DNA from: Candidatus Subterrananammoxibius californiae
GTDB taxonomy: Bacteria; Planctomycetota; Brocadiia; Brocadiales; Subterrananammoxibiaceae
DNA: 37,860 nucleotides
NCBI GenBank assembly: GCA_030586555.1
Contig: JAURAC010000016.1
Location: 1 to 37,860, forward strand
Reading direction: 5' to 3'
How positions within the stretch are numbered: position 1 is the first letter of the stretch; each line of letters begins with the position of its first letter. The position numbers and the translations under genes were made by a program. A model generated the notes under the pieces. That model was given only the letters and a program-made list of their open reading frames with translations. It made no database searches and was not told the origin of the DNA. This document shows positions 33,999 through 37,860 of this stretch, in pieces.

Positions 33999-35111
33999 AT
34001 GGTTGACGTTCACCTCAAGAATGTTTTTAAGCAGTTCAGAACAATGGGCACAGAGATTACCGTTCTGAACAACATTACACTCGATGTTGCCGGTGGTGAA
34101 TTGTTCTTCCTCTTAGGCCCGTCTGGTTGTGGAAAAACGACCTGTCTCAGGGTTATTGCAGGGCTAACCCAACAGGATAGCGGTAATTTGTATTTTGGAA
34201 ATAGACTGATGAACACTATCCCTCCGCACAAACGCAACACAGGTATGGTCTTCCAGAACTATGCCCTCTGGCCGCACATGACTGTCTATCAAAATGTTGA
34301 ATACGGTCTCAATGTCAGAAAGCTCCCTGCGCACCTCAAGGAAGAGAAGGTTAGAAAAGCGCTTAAGATTACCAGAATGACTGAATTTGCCGACAAGCTT
34401 CCCAATCAACTTTCCGGAGGGGAACAGCAAAGGATTGCGCTCGCAAGGGCGCTGGTTATAGAGCCTGACCTTTTACTGCTTGATGAACCCTTGAGCAATC
34501 TTGATGCAAAACTGAGGCTCGAATTGCGGGAGGAAATTAAACGTATCCACAGGGAGGTTGGCGTTACCTCGATATACGTAACGCATGACCAGAAGGAAGC
34601 CCTTTCCCTTGCCGATAGAATGGCGGTAATGAGAGATGGAACAATAGAGCAAATTGGCGCACCGAGGGAGATATACAATTGTCCTGCCAATAAGTTTGTT
34701 GCAGGATTTATTGGCGATGCCAACTTTATTGAGGGCGTTTTCTACAAATCGAAAGATAGGGGAGAGACAATAATGAAAACAGCAATGGGAGATATTTGCT
34801 CTTCACGCCCAAACAAGGATTTCATTGAAGGTGAAACTGTAATGTGTGTAGTGCGTCCAGAGGCGGTCAAAATCTCAGATGTTGAAGAACATGTAGGGGC
34901 AGGTTTGAAACCTGCCCCTACAGACAGACCAAATCAATTCGTAGCGAAGCTTATTAATCTAACCTACCTCGGCGATTCAGCAGAATTAGAACTTAACGTC
35001 GAAGATAAGTTGCCTCTGAAGGTTAAACTTCTGGGTTCAAAGTGGCTTATACCCGATAAGCCTTTTATTATATCGTTTGCAAAGGAAGATGTGATTTTGT
35101 TAAAGCAATAA
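33999..35111 (+). CDS. ABC transporter ATP-binding protein (FbpC/PotA-like)
   Basis: GPSGCGKT, LSGGEQQR, LLLDEP, YVTHDQ, C-terminal TOBE-like region. Confidence 0.93.
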   Translation: MVDVHLKNVFKQFRTMGTEITVLNNITLDVAGGELFFLLGPSGCGKTTCLRVIAGLTQQDSGNLYFGNRLMNTIPPHKRNTGMVFQNYALWPHMTVYQNVEYGLNVRKLPAHLKEEKVRKALKITRMTEFADKLPNQLSGGEQQRIALARALVIEPDLLLLDEPLSNLDAKLRLELREEIKRIHREVGVTSIYVTHDQKEALSLADRMAVMRDGTIEQIGAPREIYNCPANKFVAGFIGDANFIEGVFYKSKDRGETIMKTAMGDICSSRPNKDFIEGETVMCVVRPEAVKISDVEEHVGAGLKPAPTDRPNQFVAKLINLTYLGDSAELELNVEDKLPLKVKLLGSKWLIPDKPFIISFAKEDVILLKQ

Positions 35112-35116
35112 CTTCC

Positions 35117-35248
35117 CTTTTTGAAAAAACTGGGTGGCATGGACAAACCCCGTTAGCGCACGGACAAACAAGTTTGTCCATGCCACCCACAAGAGCCCAG
35201 CGAATGTAGAACTTTCTAACGGGGTTTGTCCGTGTTTTTCAAAAAAGG
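35117..35248. repeat. Nested palindromic element (GGGTGGCATGGACAAAC family)
   Basis: 17-bp perfect IR at 35132-35148/35172-35188, plus outer pairing GGACAAACCCCGTTAG/CTAACGGGGTTTGTCC. Confidence 0.75.
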
Positions 35249-35263
35249 CAATGGGCACGAGCT

Positions 35264-36964
35264 ATGTGGAAAAGGTCTTTTACAGCAAGTACATTACTCT
35301 ATTTAGTTATCCTCTCAGCCTTCTTCGGCGTATTTCTACTTTATCCTTTAATACATATCTTTCCTCATGCTTTTTACGTTGACGGCAGGCTTTCCCTTAC
35401 CTTTTTTAGATTGATGGTTGTCAACCATGTTTACAGGGATGCAATAATTAATAGCATAAATATAGGAGTAATTACTACCATTGCCACAACCATTATCAGC
35501 CTGCCTCTTGCCTACTTTATGGTTCGTTATAAATTTACAGGCAGTGGACTGCTAAAGGGGCTTCTCCTTGTTCCGCTGGTTATGCCCCCTTTTGTCGGGG
35601 CAATTGGCATGAGGCAGTTCTTCGCAAGGTTTGGCAGCATCAATTTACTTTTGACGAAGCTTGGAATTTTATCCGAGCCCATTGACTGGCTTGGCGGCGG
35701 AGGCTTATGGGGGGTCATAATTATGGAAGCGCTGCATCTTTATCCCATTATGTATCTCAACATTGCAACTGCGCTTGCTAATATTGACCCGAGCATGGAA
35801 GAGGCTGCTGAGAATATGGGTGCTAACAAGTGGAAGGTTTTTACTACGGTTACACTGCCACTCATAATGCCTGGATACTTTGGTGGCGCTGCTATTGTAT
35901 TTATATGGGCATTTACAGACCTTGGAACGCCACTCATATTTGAGTGCAGGGATGTTATTCCGGTACAAATCTTTAACATGGTAACTGACATAGGTGGAAA
36001 TCCCATGGGTTATGCCCTTGTTGTCTTCGTCATTCTTGTAACAATGGTATTTTTCTACCTTTCGAGGCGAATTCTGGGCAAGAAATCTTATGAGATGCTT
36101 CCACGGTCCGCCTTAGGCGGATCGGAGTTAAGAGTTAAGAGTTCGGGGTTCAGAGCAGTGCTAATATATGTCTTTACCCTTGGCATCATACTTGTTGCCC
36201 TCTTACCCCATCTGAGTGTTCTACTTACCTCCGTATCGCAAAAATGGTTTATGACGGTACTACCAGAAAATATCACAATGACCTATTACGGAAAGGTCTT
36301 TACACATGATTTGACGCTACCCGCTATACGCAATAGCATCATCTTTAGCTTCTTCAGCACTATTATTGATATTATTCTTGGGATACTTATTGCCTATTTA
36401 CTTACTCGCAAGGACATCCCAGCCAAGGGTATACTGGACACCGCTTCCATGCTTCCATTAGCCATTCCTGGGCTGGTTCTTGCCTTTGGATATGTTGGGT
36501 GCTTCTCAGGCACGAGGCTTGACCCGAGACATGACCCCTCTTTTTTACTCGTCATTGCATACGCAGTGCGAAGGCTTCCCTACACCGTTAGAACTGCTTA
36601 TGCAGGTTTCCAACAAACGAGTGTTTTTTTAGAGGAAGCATCCCATAGCCTTGGCGCCAGCCCACTATACACATTAAGAAAAATTACTTTGCCTCTAATA
36701 AGGTCTCATCTTGTTGCAGGGGGCATACTATCATTTGCGTTTGCCATGCTTGAGGTAAGCGATAGCTTGATTTTAGCAATGAAGGAAAAATTCTACCCGA
36801 TTACAAAGGTCATCTATGTGTTAAATGGGCGTGTAACAGATGGTCCCTACATAGCCAGCGCAATGGGTATATTAGGGATGCTATTGCTGACAGCAAGTTT
36901 GATTATTACGGGCAGGTATCTCGGCAAAAGGATGGGTGAATTGTTTAGCCAACAAAGCTCATAG
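35264..36964 (+). CDS. ABC transporter permease, two fused halves (FbpB-like)
   Basis: Two EAA loops (EEAAENMGA, EEASHSLGA), about 12 TM segments, PPFVGA. Confidence 0.92.
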   Translation: MWKRSFTASTLLYLVILSAFFGVFLLYPLIHIFPHAFYVDGRLSLTFFRLMVVNHVYRDAIINSINIGVITTIATTIISLPLAYFMVRYKFTGSGLLKGLLLVPLVMPPFVGAIGMRQFFARFGSINLLLTKLGILSEPIDWLGGGGLWGVIIMEALHLYPIMYLNIATALANIDPSMEEAAENMGANKWKVFTTVTLPLIMPGYFGGAAIVFIWAFTDLGTPLIFECRDVIPVQIFNMVTDIGGNPMGYALVVFVILVTMVFFYLSRRILGKKSYEMLPRSALGGSELRVKSSGFRAVLIYVFTLGIILVALLPHLSVLLTSVSQKWFMTVLPENITMTYYGKVFTHDLTLPAIRNSIIFSFFSTIIDIILGILIAYLLTRKDIPAKGILDTASMLPLAIPGLVLAFGYVGCFSGTRLDPRHDPSFLLVIAYAVRRLPYTVRTAYAGFQQTSVFLEEASHSLGASPLYTLRKITLPLIRSHLVAGGILSFAFAMLEVSDSLILAMKEKFYPITKVIYVLNGRVTDGPYIASAMGILGMLLLTASLIITGRYLGKRMGELFSQQSS

Positions 36965-37042
36965 CTCATAGTTCGTAGCTCACGGTGCGTAGCTATAAAC
37001 TATGAGCTATCAGCTATGGACTATATTTTTTAAAAATCTTCC

Positions 37043-37070
37043 TTGACAAGACTGGATTCTGTGGTATAGT
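37043..37070 (+). promoter_or_regulatory. Sigma70-type promoter
   Basis: TTGACA-16 nt-TATAGT with TGn extension. Confidence 0.65.
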
Positions 37071-37106
37071 TTTTTTCAAAAAAAGAAGAAAGGGGCTACT
37101 TCTCTA

Positions 37107-37860
37107 ATGCGAAATGTAAATTGCAAAATGCAGGGTCGAAGATTGAGCGAAACGAAACACAATTCTACAATCTGCGTTCGGCATAAGGAAGACTACACAT
37201 CATTGCATTCATACATCCATAAAACTACCCTTCTATTTATCTTTACACTCTGCCTGACAAATGCCCATGCTTTGGCGGGATGGCAGACCGAGACAGTTGA
37301 CTCCGAATTGGATGTGGGTGGGTACACCTCCCTTGCCTTTGATGCCTCGGGTAACCCGGCTATATCGTACCTTGCTTGGACCAACGGCGACCTCAAGTAT
37401 GCCTGCTTTAACGGTACCAAGTGGGATATAACTACCGTTGACTCCGAAGGAAATTTGGACGGGTATAGCTCCCTTGCCTTTGATGCATCAGGTAACCCGG
37501 CTATATCATATTATGATTTAAACAACTCCGACCTCAAGTATGCTCACTTTAACGGTACCAAGTGGGATATTACTACCGTTGACTCCGCAGGGGATGCGGG
37601 CAGGTACGCCTCCCTTGCCTTTGACCCACTAACAGGTTACCCAGCTATATCATATCTTGACGATTCCAACTTCGACCTCAAGTATGCCCGTTTTAACGGT
37701 ACCAAGTGGGATATAACCACTGTTGACTCCGCAGGGGATGTAGGCAGGTACTCTTCCCTTGCCTTTAACCCACTAACGGGTAGCCCAACTATATCATATC
37801 TTGATGATTCCAACTTCGACCTCAAGTATGCCCGTTTTAACGGTACCAAGTGGGATATAA
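37107..37860 (+). CDS. Secreted beta-propeller-like repeat protein (3'-truncated; absent from the ORF track)
   Basis: Manual translation is open from ATG 37107: hydrophobic segment ...LLFIFTLCLTNAHA, then four 47-48 aa repeats W..TTVDS.G..G.Y.SLAFD..G.PAISY......DLKYA.FNGTK (141-144 bp period). Confidence 0.85.
   Translation, partial: MRNVNCKMQGRRLSETKHNSTICVRHKEDYTSLHSYIHKTTLLFIFTLCLTNAHALAGWQTETVDSELDVGGYTSLAFDASGNPAISYLAWTNGDLKYACFNGTKWDITTVDSEGNLDGYSSLAFDASGNPAISYYDLNNSDLKYAHFNGTKWDITTVDSAGDAGRYASLAFDPLTGYPAISYLDDSNFDLKYARFNGTKWDITTVDSAGDVGRYSSLAFNPLTGSPTISYLDDSNFDLKYARFNGTKWDI

Noticed and set aside
37280..37860. Terminal repeats as a second CRISPR array or DGR template
   Set aside because: The period is a multiple of 3 in an open frame, there are no unique spacers, and no reverse transcriptase is present
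1..37860. tRNA, rRNA or cobalamin riboswitch
   Set aside because: None recognisable by eye; the 5' region of the cbi operon lies outside the window

Overview
AT-rich bacterial chromosome segment. The repeat classes, TPR proteins and secreted proteins suggest a Planctomycetota/Ca. Brocadiia-like host, but that is inference only. The housekeeping backbone is cbiD-cbiE-cbiL, rodA, nadC, a class V aminotransferase, a cold-shock protein, a two-domain multicopper oxidase, tonB-exbB-exbD, a pyruvate:ferredoxin oxidoreductase operon, ADP-forming acetate-CoA ligase and an Fe3+/thiamine-type ABC transporter. It is interrupted by toxin-antitoxin pairs and many palindromic repeats. Main result: a stand-alone, cas1/cas2-free type V-like CRISPR locus between porB and acdA (about 26.6-29.45 kb). 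It has a ~683-691 aa TnpB/Cas12-family protein with a Fanzor-like rearranged RuvC (DPG / GNW / E-x6-CxxC / RD) and an array of 9 repeats and 8 spacers. A candidate tracrRNA (several hairpins plus a 20-bp anti-repeat) is embedded in the 3' end of the effector ORF. Second result: between the convergent cbiL and rodA genes lies a tandem array of cargo units, separated by hybrid junctions that carry synonymously recoded copies of both genes' 3' ends around a shared GGAAAGGGCTA core. Third result: GTAG-type REP palindromes are inserted in frame in several unrelated proteins, giving the peptide VGAGLKPAPT three times.
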